From Octopus sinensis (Eukaryota), in the NCBI RefSeq assembly GCF_006345805.1, contig NC_043005.1, positions 32,612,001 to 32,676,000 on the forward strand: a DNA stretch of 64,000 bases. Direction: 5' to 3'. Below, in pieces: positions 63,100 through 64,000 of the stretch. The translations under genes and the position numbers were made by a program. Below the pieces are notes generated by a model. The model made no database searches, was not told the origin of the DNA, and saw nothing but the letters and a program-made list of their open reading frames with translations. Each line of letters begins with the position of its first letter. Positions within the stretch are counted from its first letter, which is position 1.

Positions 63100-63640
63100 T
63101 AAAATATGTGAAGCAACAGTTGTCAAATACAAAAGCCAAAGAACTGTTTATTACTTAAATATCACTTGCAATATTCACTTTGGAGATAAAACAGCATTCA
63201 GTCTGACATATAGGTGTTAACATGAGGTATTTACTATGGAAGAGTACATTGTGCTTATCCTAATATGAAAGTTTTTGAGTGTAAAAAGTTTTAGGTTAAT
63301 TATGATGTCCGATTCCAGTGGAAGTTGTATATATTGTGGGCTGAACAACTTTCCTTCATTTTATTGGCCTCATGACAAATTTGAAAAAGTTCAATCAGTT
63401 TTCCTTTTTTTAGAAGAAACAAGCAACAATGTTTCAAGAATCTTTAATGCCCTAACCAAAAGTAACAGCCCCATACAATCACCAAACATCTTCACAACGT
63501 TTCTTGACTTTTTACTTCCTCCCCTTTGGTTTTTTCCCCCTTATTTAATGGTCATTCTAATAGCTCTTTTGTCTTAATAACGGTCAATTACATAGTAATT
63601 TCCCTTTGTTTAACTGTCATTTTCATAGCATATTTTGATT
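63100..63640 (+). mobile_element. Possible decayed Penelope-like 3' region upstream of a hammerhead
   Basis: Weak GIY-YIG-like remnant (RTVYYLNITCNIHFGDKTAFSLTYR) then T-rich sequence leading into the ribozyme motif. Confidence 0.3.
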
Positions 63641-63709
63641 GCCTCCATAACTGAAGAGATGCCGAAGCAGGTTTCCACCGACATCTGAAACTCAGTCTTA
63701 CTATGGCAA
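63639..63709 (+). ncRNA. Candidate type I hammerhead ribozyme
   Basis: TTGCC-TCCA-TAA | CTGAAGA | GATGCCG-14nt-CGACATC | T | GAAA | C-TCA-GTC | TTA-CTAT-GGCAA. Predicted cleavage after 63697. Confidence 0.62.
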
Positions 63710-63739
63710 CCGAATAATTGTGTATTATGTATATGTATG

Positions 63740-63780
<41 letters not shown>

Positions 63781-63840
63781 GTGTGTGTGTATGTATGTGT
63801 ATACACACACACACATATATATATACATATCATATATATA

Positions 63841-63990
63841 TGTGGTAAGTAGCTTCTTTACCCACCACATGGTTCCGGGTTCAGTCCCACTGCATGGAAA
63901 CTTGTGCAAGTGTCTTCTACTATAGCCTCGGGCTAACCAAAGCCTTGTGAGTGGATTTGGTAGACAGAAACTGAAAGGAGACCGTCTTAT
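63841..63990 (+). mobile_element. SINE family B 5' half
   Basis: TGTGGTAAGTAGC..GGTTCCGGGTTCAGTCCCACTGC..CCAAAGCCTTGTGAGTGGATTTGGTAGAC. Confidence 0.92.
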
Positions 63991-64000
63991 ATATATATAT

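Overview
AT-rich eukaryotic genomic DNA, densely packed with microsatellites and transposon debris. The SINE and RTE-LINE repertoire resembles what I recall of octopus (coleoid cephalopod) genomes; this is inference, with no database search. I found no host protein-coding exon I can support, and most hits in the ORF track are microsatellite artefacts or antisense reads of TE remnants. The window looks like a large intron or intergenic region. It contains: a near full-length but disrupted RTE LINE (~43.5-48.0 kb) plus several truncated copies; six R4/Dong-like fragments, several sitting in (TAA)n tracts; three decayed mariners and one Tc1; a Helitron remnant; CR1-like 3' ends; MITEs; two abundant tRNA-derived SINE families; and kb-scale (TA)-rich arrays. 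The most interesting signals are six hammerhead-ribozyme-like motifs in Penelope-like contexts (two well formed and pointing outward at 61.5 and 63.7 kb), a tandemly amplified 66-bp double-hairpin module in the RTE 3' UTR, a textbook recursive-splice-site motif at 18.7 kb, and a pre-miRNA-like hairpin at 2.1 kb. Coordinates were read by eye and may be off by a few bases.
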